From the human T2T-CHM13v2.0 reference genome, Homo sapiens, in the NCBI RefSeq assembly GCF_009914755.1, contig NC_060930.1: 64,000 nucleotides of DNA; one strand, 5' to 3'. Numbering within the stretch: position 1 is the first letter of the stretch; each line of letters begins with the position of its first letter. Position numbers and translations under genes: made by a program. Shown piece after piece: positions 11,746-25,140 of the stretch. The notes under the pieces are model-generated. The model was not told where the DNA came from. It ran no database searches and was given only the letters and a program-made list of their open reading frames with translations.

Positions 11746-13069
11746 AGGATAGCTCTGGTCAGGTACAAATGGGTGTTGACAGTAAGTGACCTAGAAGTGA
11801 TGAGAGTTGGGGAAATCAGGGAATTCCCAGGAGGTGGAACTTGCCATAGCATCCCAGCCAGGGCACAGGTGCAGAAAGAGAAAGTCATATGAAGTGTAAA
11901 GCAGAATGAGAGCATGGCTCAGAGATACGTGTGGGGGGCAAAAAGGATTTCCAGCAGAAAAGATAGATTACATTGGGGGAGGTGGCTTTAATGGCTCCTA
12001 AAGGGAGGGTGCCTCAGCTACTGAGATTGAAATTGTCGGACACGGTCATCAACATTAGAAAAACAGCAGCACTGAGATTTATTTTCCTGGTTACCTATAT
12101 TTTATTCACATATTTAAGTGTTAAACTGAGGTTGAAATGTTGTGAATGGTCCCCACTTCTTAAAGCTTTGCTCTACTGGGAGATTTTTAAGAAAATCTCA
12201 CGGCACATCTTCCTAATTTTTAAATTTGTATTCCTGTTCCTGACCCCAGAATAGGCCCAACTAGACAACAGATCTGTGGGAATGTTTGGCTCTCCATGAA
12301 CCACAAAGACTCCTCCAACACAGAGGTGCAGTACCCACCTGGGCCAAGGAGGGAAGATGCAGGTGAGGAGGGTGCTTCCAAAAGGTGTGTGGAGCTGTTT
12401 GTTGAGGGCCATGAAGCTCTTGCACAGGGATGGGAGGAGGCAACTAACCAGGGCTCTGGGTGGAGGCCAGCTGCCCTCCCTCTGGGCGACTGTGCACCCT
12501 CCCACTCTCCCTGGGAGGCGGGCGCTTCCTTTGAAGTGCACCAGTGACCTGCCTCTCTCCTGGCTGCTTCCTGATGTCTTGCTGGCAGCAAGTGGGCTAG
12601 GGTCGGCTTGCCCAGAGGGGCGCATCCAGGTGGGGTTCACCTTTCTGAACCAGGTAGGGAATGTCTTGGTGCTCCCTTGATTTGAAGGGGAGGACCATCC
12701 TTTATTGGCAAAGAACAGAGAGCAAACAATGAAAAGACCACACTGGGCCAAGTCAGTGACCCATGAATAAGGAATTCCAAGCTTTTAGTGCGGGAGAGCC
12801 TTGGAAATCATCTCATACAGCCCCTTCACTTAAAGATAAGAAAGAAACATGAAGCCAAGGGACTGGACAACTAGTTTAAGGGTGGGCTAAGTAAGACGTG
12901 GAAGTCCTGGTTTTCTGTTACTGAGGGCTGCAGTTTATTTTATGCCTACTTTGTATGTATTGGATTCTGTAGAATGACAGTTCACACAGTGCCAATTCAT
13001 TATATTACAAAGATAAAACATTGCCTTTATTTTTTTCTCAAAATAATAAAGGTTATATGGTACTTGCGG

Positions 13070-13310
13070 CATTAGCACTTGCCAGGTACTGTTCTCCCTT
13101 CCTGACAGATAGAAATCGTCATTTAATCTTCTAACAGACCTATGAGGTGAATACCATTACTTTCCCCACTTTATGGGTGAGGAAACTGAGGCCCAAAGAG
13201 GTCAAGTTAACTTCTCCCAAGTAATGTGGTGATGTCTAGATAGTGAGTGACAGCATTGGGATTTAAGCCAAGTATGCTGACTTCACAATCCATGTTCTTA
13301 ACCACACTAT
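13070..13310 (-). mobile_element. MIR
   Basis: ccccactttatgggtgaggaaactgaggcccaaagaggtcaagttaacttctcccaag. Confidence 0.8.
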
Positions 13311-13319
13311 ACCTTAATC

Positions 13320-13705
13320 GCCAGTGCAAACATTAGCGCTGTTTACTGGCTTTTCAAAGCTTTCTGTTTTCCAGGCATGTGATGGGCTTGCGTTTCCTGG
13401 CCTCCTTGTGTTTTTGGAGCCATGTGACTACTTCTAGCCATGTTGAGAGAAGCATGCTATATCACTTTTGGGCTAAGTCACTCTGTCACCAGTGTGTGAC
13501 CCTCCAGATCTCTCTTGCCCTCTGCTGTGGAGACTGGCAAAGCTCCAGATGGTGGTTGCTCTGTCAGTCTGGGCAAGTTGGAGAGGAAACAGCCTCAGCC
13601 AGCCCTAAGTGGGTGTAGCATAAATGCAAAATCAACTTATGTTATTTAGCCACTGAGATTTGAGGCTTGTTTGTTACTACAGCATAATTTAGCCTATCTT
13701 GAGTC
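13320..13705 (+). mobile_element. MLT1 LTR (old subfamily)
   Basis: gagccatgtgactacttctagcca...tagccactgagatttgaggcttgtttgttactacagcataa. Confidence 0.7.
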
Positions 13706-13919
13706 ACATAATAATCTCTGATGTGCCTAACGTTTTAAGGGGCACATTAGCAAATAGGTTGGCCACTTAAAAGTCTTTCCAAATAGTTTTTTTTTTTTTT
13801 AGCCTCATTGGGAAGCATTCATGTTATTCTTTATATACAGAAAGCACCTGGTACTGTGGCAATAGCATAGAGCAGAGCTTGAGATGGAAAGTTCTGTTTT
13901 TTGGTCCTTATTATTTTTG

Positions 13920-14200
13920 CTAATTCAACAGCTTTATTGATATCTAGTTCACATACCATAAAATTTACTTAAAGTGTATAATTCTGTGGGTTTTGGTATA
14001 TTCATAGAGTTGTGCAACAATCATCTCAATTAATTTTAGAAGACTTTCATCACCTCCAGAAGAAACCTGTACTTATTAGCAGTGACTCCTATTTCCCCCC
14101 AATCTCCCCGGCCCTAGTCTACAAGTGATACAATTTCTGTCTCTGTATTTGCCTTTTCTGGACATTTTATATAAATACAATCATATAAAATGTAAGTTCT
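13920..14200 (-). mobile_element. L1MB-type 3' fragment
   Basis: aacagctttattgatatctagttcacataccataaaattt...ttgccttttctggacatttt. Confidence 0.8.
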
Positions 14201-14418
14201 GTGAAGGATCTTGGCTTTGCTCTATGCTGTAACTCTGTACCCCTCACAGTACCTGTACATAGTAGGTGCTCAGTGTATATCTGTTGGGTAAGTGAGTGGT
14301 TACTGAAGGTCGGAGTGGAGAGCCGGATGGTGATGGCTGGTGTTGCTTAGCATCGCCCTGGACAGGGAATAAAGGGAGCGGTAGAATCACCTGCTGACAA
14401 CATCTCCTCTTCATCCAG

Positions 14419-14490
14419 AGACTTCTGTGTCAGGGCTTATTATAAGGATGTGATCATAGGCCCAGTGAAAGCAGCTACCCTTGACATGGG
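14419..14490 (+). other. Candidate 72-nt exon
   Basis: Branch-like ctgac, tract catctcctcttcatccag|, donor GGG|gtaagt; one open frame (DFCVRAYYKDVIIGPVKAATLDM). Confidence 0.3.
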
Positions 14491-14869
14491 GTAAGTCATC
14501 TATAAAACACCGCATTGCAAGGCTGAGGTCATGAAGGGGTACGAGTGGGCCCACCACAGCCCGATTCCTCTTCCTCCGTAGACTCTTCCCAAATACACAC
14601 TTTTCTCAGGACCTCACTGGATTCCTTCTCCTCTCAGGTTCCTGGCTTCCCTTCCCTGGCTACCTGGCCAGGGCTATGGCTTGTAGCCATTTCTCAGAGG
14701 CACACACTGAGGCATTGGGAGATTCCTGCTCCTGCTCTGAGTAGTGCTGCAGCCATTCCTGGCTTGCTGGTCTGGATTTTCTACCCCTACCTGCAGACCC
14801 AAGTCTGGGTACCCTGTTTGCCTTAAGTACTCATCTTGCATTATTTAAGACTACAAGGAGGCAAGAGTA

Positions 14870-15095
14870 GTTAGTGGTTAAAGGCATAGTCTGTGGGGTC
14901 AGGCACTCTGAAGCTTGAGGGCCAGATCTGCCATTTATTAGCTGTGAATCTCCAGGTGAGTTACTAAACCTTTTTGAGCCTTTGTTTCTAATCTGTAGAA
15001 TGGGCATATGAATAGTAATATGAATAAATTTGTAAGAGTTACATAGAATAATGCATAGAAAGTGCTTAGTGCAATGCCTGGCCCAGGAAAATGTT
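14870..15095 (+). mobile_element. MIR
   Basis: gtggttaaaggcatag...ctgccatttattagctgtg...gagttactaaac...tctgtagaatggg...aaagtgcttagtgcaatgcctggc. Confidence 0.8.
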
Positions 15096-15339
15096 TGCTA
15101 TGGCTTTTGATACAATCTAATTTGGTCCTGATATTGTTGATGTCACTATTCCCTAGGGAACAAAAGAACTACATTTTTTTGTTTGTTTTAGGATTACCTT
15201 ATGATTTGCAAAATGATTTTGTGGCAAATAACTGAATTCCCTGTGCTTGTCATCTTCTGAAAGGGAAGTCAAAGGAAGTGAATAGAGAAATGTGGCCACA
15301 GCAGAGACCAAAGAACCTGACTGTTTTTTTAATTTTTAA

Positions 15340-15468
15340 AAACATTAAAAAAATTTTTTTTTTGTAGAGACAAGGTCTCACTCTGTTGCCCAGGCTGGTC
15401 TCGAACTCCTGGGCTTAGGTGATCCTCCCACCCCGGCCTCTCAAAGTGCTGGGATTACAGGCCTAAGC
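15340..15468 (-). mobile_element. FLAM / Alu left monomer
   Basis: gtagagacaaggtctcactctgttgcccaggctggtctcgaactcc...aaagtgctgggattacaggc. Confidence 0.85.
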
Positions 15469-16289
15469 CTGACAGTTTGGTCTTAGGTATGCTCCTGATT
15501 GTGGGGTTACCTTGACTGTTCTTTGAGTCCTGGAGAAGTCAACATGAAAGCAGTTACAAGGTCATATGATAAGCCTGTATGGGCCATGTAGATAGACTTC
15601 CATGCATAGATGGTATAGAAAAGTAAAAATTATCTTCTGCTTTGATCGTTGTTACTCCCAACATAAACTTACAGCAACAGTCTTAAACGCCAGTCAATGC
15701 TATATTTGTAAAACATCCAGTAGAGAGGTTGGGTCTCCTGATGAACAAAGGAAAGTTTGCAGTGTTAAGTGTCATACAGATTTGTCATTGCACTCTATTC
15801 TCTCCACTCCCACATGAACTACCATGGGGCAAATCTAAGCCACCTCTTGGTTTTGGTCTCAGAACAATGAGTGTCTGTTTCTAAGTTAGGGGGCGGAGTG
15901 CAGTCATGGGTTTTGGGGATCCCATACTGTCACTGGCAGCCAGCTGTGCAGCCTGGAGTGTGGGGCTGTGGCCAGGGTGGGCACAAGGAGCAGCATCTGT
16001 GTTTGTCTGTTGGGGTAAACCTGGACTTTGGCTGGAGGAGATATTTTCAGTGCTTTACCAGTATTAGTGAAGCATGGAATTGGATTCCCTGGAAGTGTCA
16101 GAAATGCCAATAAGCTTAGCAAATGGCTGTGCAGCATGTTGCACATAAATATCAATTTTAATCAGATACTGATTGGGATAGATTTCATAGCTAATCTAGA
16201 AGAAGTAATAATCTTTGTTGTCTGTCTTAGAAGAGTGAATGGTTTCCACTCAGAAAATTCAGATCTGGAAGCTCATAGTTCATAGCTGT

Positions 16290-16607
<318 letters not shown>

Positions 16608-17397
16608 GTCATGGCTGTTTTTTCTTTTAACTTTCAATTAAAATATATACCAAATGAAAAGTGCACAAACCGTAAAAATACAGATTGATGAATTTTCACA
16701 AAGGGAATGCCATCACGTAACTACCACCCAAATCAGGAAATTGAATACTGCCAAATTTCCAGTATCCCCCCTCCCAATCCTTAACCTGCTTTCCCCTCCA
16801 AATCACTCTCTTGACTTATAATGCAATCGATGACTTTTGCCTGTTCTGAATTCTATATAAGGAGAATCATATGGCATATCCTTTTTGTATCTGACCTCTT
16901 TTGCTTAGCAGGATATTTGCAAGATTTATCCACATGGTTATAAATAGTAATAGTTTATTGATTTACATTCTTATGTAGTATGAACATATATCACAGTTTA
17001 TCCCTTCTGCTATTTATGTACATTTTGGTTGTTTTACAGTTTTAAAAAATTATCTGTATTTTAAATTTCATTTTCAACTTTGCTGTTAAATTACCAAACA
17101 ATAAACTACTTAAGAACATAACCTAAATATTTTGGTTAACTACATTCTGGAACAGAAAGGCATTAATGTTAGTCTTAGGTGGCAGTGAGCTTCACAGAGA
17201 CACACAAAGAGAGAGCAAAGTGAAGAACAAGGCAATCTCTCCCTATTTATGGCATGGCAAAGCAATTCAGAATGCGTTCACTATTTCTATAGATAAATTT
17301 TTTAATGTATAATGTGGGAAAATTTAATGTTCCAATTTATGAAAACAAGAATTATCAGACTGTCACATTCCAATGACTTAAGTAGCTAAACCTTACA

Positions 17398-17932
<535 letters not shown>

Positions 17933-19030
17933 CCGTAAATGGAATTAAAATGTTGGGCATAAGATATCCTCAAAAGACTGTCATAATATATTTTGTGGAA
18001 ATAGTTCACTTCATTTCTATGATTAGATGGATTACCAATAATTTATAGTTTATTATGAGTAATGCTGCAGTGAACATTCCCCATATGTCCTTTGGTGTAC
18101 ATGTTTGTATTTCTGTTGATTATATACCTAGAATTGGAATTGTTTGGGCATGGGATATATAGATGTTTGGCACTACCAAACAGTTTTCTAAAGCAGTTAT
18201 ACCAGTTTACATCCTCAGGCACAGGTGTTAAAAGAGTTAGCATTGCTCCAGATCTGTGTCAACCATGGTGTTTCCAGTCTTTTAAAATTTTAGTCCTTCT
18301 TGTCTGGGCGTAGTAGTTTTACTTCCTATTTCCTTGATGACTTTTGAAGTTGAGCACCTTTCCATATGCTTATTGGCTGTCTGGATAACCTGTTTGGTGA
18401 AATTACCTTTTCAAACTCTGGAGCATTTTCCTATTAGATTATCTTTTTCTTATTGATTTTGAAGACATTCTTTATGTCTTCTGGACATCAGACCTTAATT
18501 GGATACATGAACTATAAATCTCCTGTCACTGTGGTTTTTCTTTCATTTGAATTGATTCTGAGCTGGGCATCAGTCTTTATGAAGCTAGTGTCTTTCCAGT
18601 ATGTCCTTATTTCTAGGATGATTAGCCCTTTTCAGGGTGTCCAACTGAAGTCTGGAGTGTTTATTTACTCAGTTTTTCTACCTTTGTGTTCCCTAAACTT
18701 CACAGCTGCTTGCAAATCAGCAAATGCCACAAAGGAAAACATGTCCTCAAACATTTGGCTTACCTCTTTGCACCACCCTTTCCTTCATGATCTTGAATAC
18801 TTAGGTTCTTGCAAGGACTTGGGTCTTTGGTCTTCACACAGATTTTTTTGTTTGTTCAATGTTTTGTTGAGCTTTTCTGGTTGTTACTGGTGGTAGGATT
18901 GGTATGGTCGGCAGGTAAAATGTCTGCCCTGCCAAAGACATACTCATTTCCTAACCTTCAGAACCTGTGCATATTACCTTAAATGATAAATGAGTGATAT
19001 TACCTTATGTGGCCCCCCAAAATGTTATTA

Positions 19031-19230
19031 AGGATCTTGAGAGAAGGTGCCTCTCCTGGATTATATGGACAGGATCTTGAGAGAAGGTGCTTCTCCTGGA
19101 TTATCTGGGTAGGATCTTGGGAGAAGGTGCTTCTCCTGGATTATCTGGATAGGATCTTGAGAGAAGGTGCCTCTCCTGGATTACTAGGGTAGGATCTGGA
19201 GAGAAGGTGCCTCTCCTGGATTATCTGGGT
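19031..19230 (+). repeat. Minisatellite, 5 x 40 bp
   Basis: Unit aggatcttgagagaaggtgc(c/t)tctcctggattatctgggt at 19031, 19071, 19111, 19151 and 19191. Confidence 0.97.
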
Positions 19231-19473
19231 GGACCCTAAGTGCAATCACATATATCCTTATAAGAAAGACAGAGGGAAATTAGACAGAGACGCACGAAGA
19301 GAAGGTGAAGTGAAAACCAAGGCAGAGATTAGAGTGTTGTGGCCTGAACCAAGGACCATCTGCAGCCACAAGAAGCTAAAAGGGACAAGGAACAATTTTC
19401 CCCTAGAGCCTCTGAAGGGAGTACAGCACTGCCAACAACTGGACTTCAGACTTTTGGCCTCCAAAACTGTGAG

Positions 19474-20257
<784 letters not shown>

Positions 20258-20274
20258 GTGAGAATAAATTTGTT

Positions 20275-20572
20275 TTTGGTTTGTTTTTTGGAGACAGAGC
20301 TTTACTGTGTTGCCCAGACTGGAGTGCAGTGGCACAATCATAGCTTACTGCAGCTTTGATATCCCTGGCTCAAGTGATCTTCCCCACTTAGCCTCCTGAG
20401 TAGCTGAGACTATAGGTGCATACCACCAAAACGAGATGATTTTTCTGATTTTTAGTATAGATGGGGTCTCACTATGTTGCCCATGCTGGTCTCGAATTCC
20501 TGGGCTCAAGTTACCCTCCTGCCTTGACCTCTCAAAGTGCTTGTGTTACAGGCGTAAGCCACCACGCCTGGC
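20275..20572 (-). mobile_element. AluJ inside MLT1
   Basis: gagacagagctttactgtgttgcccagactggagtgcagtggcacaatcatagc...ccaccacgcctggcc. Confidence 0.9.
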
Positions 20573-21524
20573 CAGATTGCTGTTTTAAGCCACCATGTTT
20601 GTGTAATTTGTTACAGCAGCCACAGGAAACCTATACAGTTGGTCTGACATAAATTAATTTATCTGTAACATTTAAAAATTAATAGTAGTTTAATAATTTT
20701 ATTGCATTGTTTCTAGATTTTAATTGCTATTTCAGAATAAATTGGTGGAATGCAGTTCTTTCTTTATAGAGGGATAGTGTGTAATTTTTAATACATTGTG
20801 AAAAGGCACATAATAGAATAAACTTTGGCCTCTTTTATTGGAATAATAGACTCAAGAAACTCATTTGATGTTTTTCTGGTAGGTTGAAAGTTGTGCCCAT
20901 TATTAGTTTTCCTTGTTGTAGTATAATGTCGAAAGAAGTTGTTGAGATACTTGTTAAAAACATAAGAGTGGGGAAAAAATGTAATGGAACCATTATATAT
21001 GAAAAAATTTGGACCTATAGTCCACATAGATTGTTTAATCAACATGATCATTATTATAATTTATAGGAAAAACTTGATAGTTATGTTTATTCTGACCACC
21101 TGTAACCCGTCAGTGGGGATACTTTTTAAAAGAGAAAACTGTCTTGTCCTTATGACAGTTAATTGCTAAACAGAGTAGATGCACAGAAACCCAGCTCTTG
21201 TTTTCCTAAGGGGGGGACTATGATATGTAATGGGATGGGAGTAGCCACTGTCACATCAGCAGGTCATGGGATCTTACCAGTCATAGCCCCTGTGGCAGTT
21301 GCTTGACTTTTTTGGATATACACTTCTCTGCAAGCCCTTGAGAGCAAAGTCAATGTCTTTATGTATTCATGGATTCATTCAATAGTTATTACTCCCTTAC
21401 CTTGTAGCAGGTGCTATGCCAGGTACTGAAGATACTCTAAACAGCAAAAACTGACATGGTTCCTGTTTTCATGGTGTCTAGTGGGAAACAGACAACCAAA
21501 TAATCATAAAAATAAGTATCTTAT

Positions 21525-21818
21525 GGCCGGGCGTGGTGGCTCACGCCTGTGATCCTAGCACTTTGGGAGGCCGAGGCGGGTGGATCACCTGAGGTCCAGA
21601 GTTCGTGACCAGCCTGACCAACATGGAGAAACCCCGCCTCTACTAAAAATACAAAATTAGCTGGGCGTGGTGGCGCATGCCTGTAATCCCAGCTGCTGCG
21701 GAGGCTGAGGCAGGAGAATGGCTTGAGCCTGGGAGTTAGAGGTGGCGGTGAGCCGAGATCGCGCCATTGCACTCCACCCTGGGCAACAAGAGTAAGACTC
21801 CGTCTCAAAAAAAAAAAA
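21525..21818 (+). mobile_element. AluSp
   Basis: Diagnostic cctgaccaacatggagaaacccc; TSD aaaataagtatcttat on both sides. Confidence 0.92.
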
Positions 21819-22197
21819 AAATAAGTATCTTATGACAAACACAGGTAAGTGATCTGAATGAAAGGAATGAACACGAGTCCATGGGAACATGGAACAACAG
21901 AGCTTGACCTAAGCTGGGGGATTAGGAAAGCTTCCCTGAGGAAGAAATGATGAACTGATGAGTAGGCTTTGACTGGCAGGAGCAGTGGGGAGGGATTAAG
22001 TATTTCAGGCAGACAGATCAGCTCACACAGAGTCATATGATGCAAAAAAAAAAGCATAACACTGATGAGGAATTGAACAAAGGCCAAATGGGACCAATGC
22101 TCAGAAAGTTAAGAGATGTGTTGAGAGAGGTGGCTCCATGCAGAATCTTTTCAGTCAAGCCAGGGGCACTGATCTTTATCCTAGAGCTATGGAGATC

Positions 22198-22590
22198 TAT
22201 ATTGGTTTGCTAGGGCTGCCATTACAAAATGCCACAGACTGGATGGCTTAAATGACAAACAGAAATGTGTTGTCTCACACTCCCAGAGGCTAAAATTCCA
22301 AGATCAGTGTGTCTGCTGGTTTGGTTTCTTCTGAGGCCTTTCCCCTCAGCTTGCAGATGGCCACCTTCTTCCTGTGTTCTCATGTGGCTTTATCTCTGTG
22401 CACTTACATCTCTGATGTCTCTTCTAAGGATACCAGTCCTGCTGGATTAGAGCCTCACCTTTATGACCTCATTTAACCTTAGTTACCTCTTTAAAGACCC
22501 TCTCTCCAAGGATAGTCACATTCTAGGTACTGGGGGTTTGGGCTTCAGCGTATGAATTTTGGAGGGAGACACAATTCAGTCTATTAACAG
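22198..22590 (-). mobile_element. MLT1A-type LTR
   Basis: tggtttgctagggctgccattacaaaatgccacagactggatggcttaaa...gacacaattcagtctattaaca. Confidence 0.85.
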
Positions 22591-23396
22591 AAGCTATTAA
22601 AGATTTTTAAGCAAGGGAGATACTGGCTGTAATTTACAGATTGAGAATATCATCCTGGTCATACTGCAGAGAAAAGATCAGAAGAAGCCAAAGTTGATTC
22701 AGGATGGTTAGTTGGGAATCTACTGCAGAAGCCCAGCTAAGACACAATACCAGTTGGATTTTGGCCTGGTAGTATAGATGGATGGGAGAGAGATTTAGGA
22801 AGCAAAACCAACACAATGCAGTGGTGGATTGAAGCATTCTATAGAAAGAATGGGAGAAAGGAGATTTCAAGATCGATTCCAAGTTTTTTGACTTGCACAG
22901 TTGCAATAACGAACACTGGAGAAGACTAGGTTGGAGACAGATGAGTTTGGTCTTAGATCTGAGTCTTAGAGTTGAGGTGCTGCTTTGAAGACATCCATGT
23001 GGAAATAAGTAGGCAGTTGGCTATTTGAATCAGGAGTTTGGAGGAGAGATTTGAAATATGGATATGAATTTGAAAGGCTTGGGCCTACAGATAGTAATAG
23101 CAGCTAGTATACCTCTTGGCATATTTTAAATTCTTGATAAATGTCTTTTGAATTAAAACTGTGGTCTACACTGTTTCTTTACATGAACCAGAGCAGAGTT
23201 TAAAGATAGTTCATAATCATCTCTTTAGAAATGCTATCTGTTAAAGAAAATAGTAGAATGCATCTCCAACTAAACAAATTATTCTTCGGATCATAGCATA
23301 GTGTGTAGGTAATTTTCTACTAAGAATTTTGGAAAGAGGTTGGCAAATGAACTCAAGTTATGAGACTCGATGGAAATTTGGTACCTCTTTTCATTT

Positions 23397-23687
23397 CCTT
23401 TTCTTTTTTGAGATAGGATCTCGCTCTGTTGCTCAGGCTTGAGTGCAGTGGCACAATCACGGCTCACTTGCAGCCTCACCCTCCAGGCTCGATCCTCCTA
23501 CTTCAGCCTCCCACATACTTGGGACTACAGGCATGCACCACCATGCCTGGCTAATGTTTTAATTTTTTTAAAGAGATGGGATCTCACCATGTTGCCCAGA
23601 CTGATCTTGAACTCCTGGGCTCAAGTCATCCTCCCACCTTGGCCTCCCAAAGTGTTGGTATTACAGGCGTGAAGCACTGCACTCAGC
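23397..23687 (-). mobile_element. AluJ
   Basis: Antisense Alu; TSD-like cctctttt(t)cattt. Confidence 0.9.
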
Positions 23688-24222
23688 AGCCTCTTTTTCA
23701 TTTTGGCAAAAGCCCTGCAACCTACAGCTGTCTAGTCAGTTACATAGCCTCCTATATCATCAGGCAGTTACCTCCATGGATGTCTGAATAGGAGTGTGCT
23801 GCAAATGGGTCAGCATCACAACAAACAGCAGAGACTCAAAATATATGTTAGCAATTACCACAGCTAAACCACAGAGGATGAGAAAGATAGGGGCCTATGG
23901 TCTTATCAAAATGGTCTTCTTTCAGTAGTTCACATCACTGTTTCCTGGATTATTAATGGCTTTGGCTGAGCCAGGTGGGATGTGGTGTTCAGATGGCCAG
24001 ATGAGCTAAGAAGTATCCCTCGGACTTTGGATCCTAGGCTGCAGAGTGGAAGAAGTACACAAACCCAGCCCTTCTTGTTTCATGTGAGCAATGGTGCGTG
24101 TTTTAAAAAGACAGCCAATAATATTAGCTTTAATTATGATAGTAGTTGCTGTTTGTTTTGTCCTAGCACAGAACAGTAGGAATGTAGGTACAGGAAAAAA
24201 TGGCACAATAAACATTTGTCTT

Positions 24223-24402
24223 GGGCTGGGCATGGTGGCTCACACTTGTAATCCCAGCATATGCTCCTATAGTCCTAGCTATCTGGGAGGCTGAGGTGGG
24301 AGGATCATTTGAGCTTGGGAGGCCAAGGCTGCAGTGATCCATGACTGTGCTACTGCATTCCAGCCTGGGTGACAGAGCAAGACCATGTCTAAAAAAGAAA
24401 AA
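24223..24402 (+). mobile_element. AluJ with internal deletion
   Basis: Left-arm start (ggctcacacttgtaatcccagc) joined almost directly to the right arm (ctatagtcctagctatctgggaggctgagg). Confidence 0.85.
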
Positions 24403-24544
24403 TAGTCTGTCCTCCCACATTCTCTTATTTTAAAATGGAATTTTAAAAGAATTGCAGGAAATAACATGTTGAGAAATAGAGATTTTATTTAATGTTGCCC
24501 TGTTAGTCACAGCTTCATTTTTAAATAAGTATTAAAACTCAATA

Positions 24545-25140
24545 CTGATTTGAGTATCTACCATGTGTCAACCTGAGGCTTCTGTGGTCCTTGCCCTCAC
24601 AGTGCTCACAGTCCAGCCCAGGAGATGCCCCTTAACCAGTGATTACAAGTCTGATCAGAGTAATGAAAAGAATCCTACAAGGTGCTGAGTGGATTTACCT
24701 GGATTAGCAGGTCAGGGAAGGCCTCTCTGGGGAGGTGTCATCTAGACTCAGGGTTCAGAGATGAGTGAGAATTAAAGAGATGGAGGAGCCAGCAAGCTGA
24801 CATGTCAGGACTCAGGAATGTGGCAAGCCCCCCAATGTGAGGCTGGAGTGAAGGGGCCAGCTGGCCCCCAACCATGTTAAGAATTGTGAATTTTATCCTA
24901 AGGGCAACCAATATGCTGGAAAGTTTTTAAGAATGGGAGCAACATAATCAGATTTATGTTTTTAAAAGAGAACTGTGGCCTCAATGAGAAGAAGCCACAG
25001 AAGATGCAACAAGTCCAGTTGTGGTACTTACTAATCCAGGGGAGAGGTGAGAGGTGACGTTTTAGATTAGGGCAGAGAATAGGGGTCTGGACTAGACTGG
25101 TAGCAGTAGGCTGGAGAGAATTGTATGAATCAGATCTATT
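24545..25140. mobile_element. L2 fragment
   Basis: tgagtatctaccatgtgtca...gtccttgccctcacagtgctcacagtccag...gtcagggaaggcctctctgg...ttttatcctaagggca. Confidence 0.65.

Larger units (their letters stand above)
21360..23100. mobile_element. L2, interrupted by AluSp and MLT1A
   Basis: attcattcaatagttattac...gtgctatgccaggtactgaagatac, attaggaaagcttccctgagg, agacatccatgtggaaat...aggcagttgg. Confidence 0.7.

Noticed and set aside
12173-12751. 192-aa ORF as a protein-coding gene
   Set aside because: Non-ATG start, no recognisable domain, overlapped by several similar ORFs in GC-richer DNA.
19031-19230. CRISPR-like array (regular units with an internal hairpin)
   Set aside because: Units are contiguous with no unique spacers, derive from an MLT1 LTR, sit in primate DNA and have no cas genes nearby.
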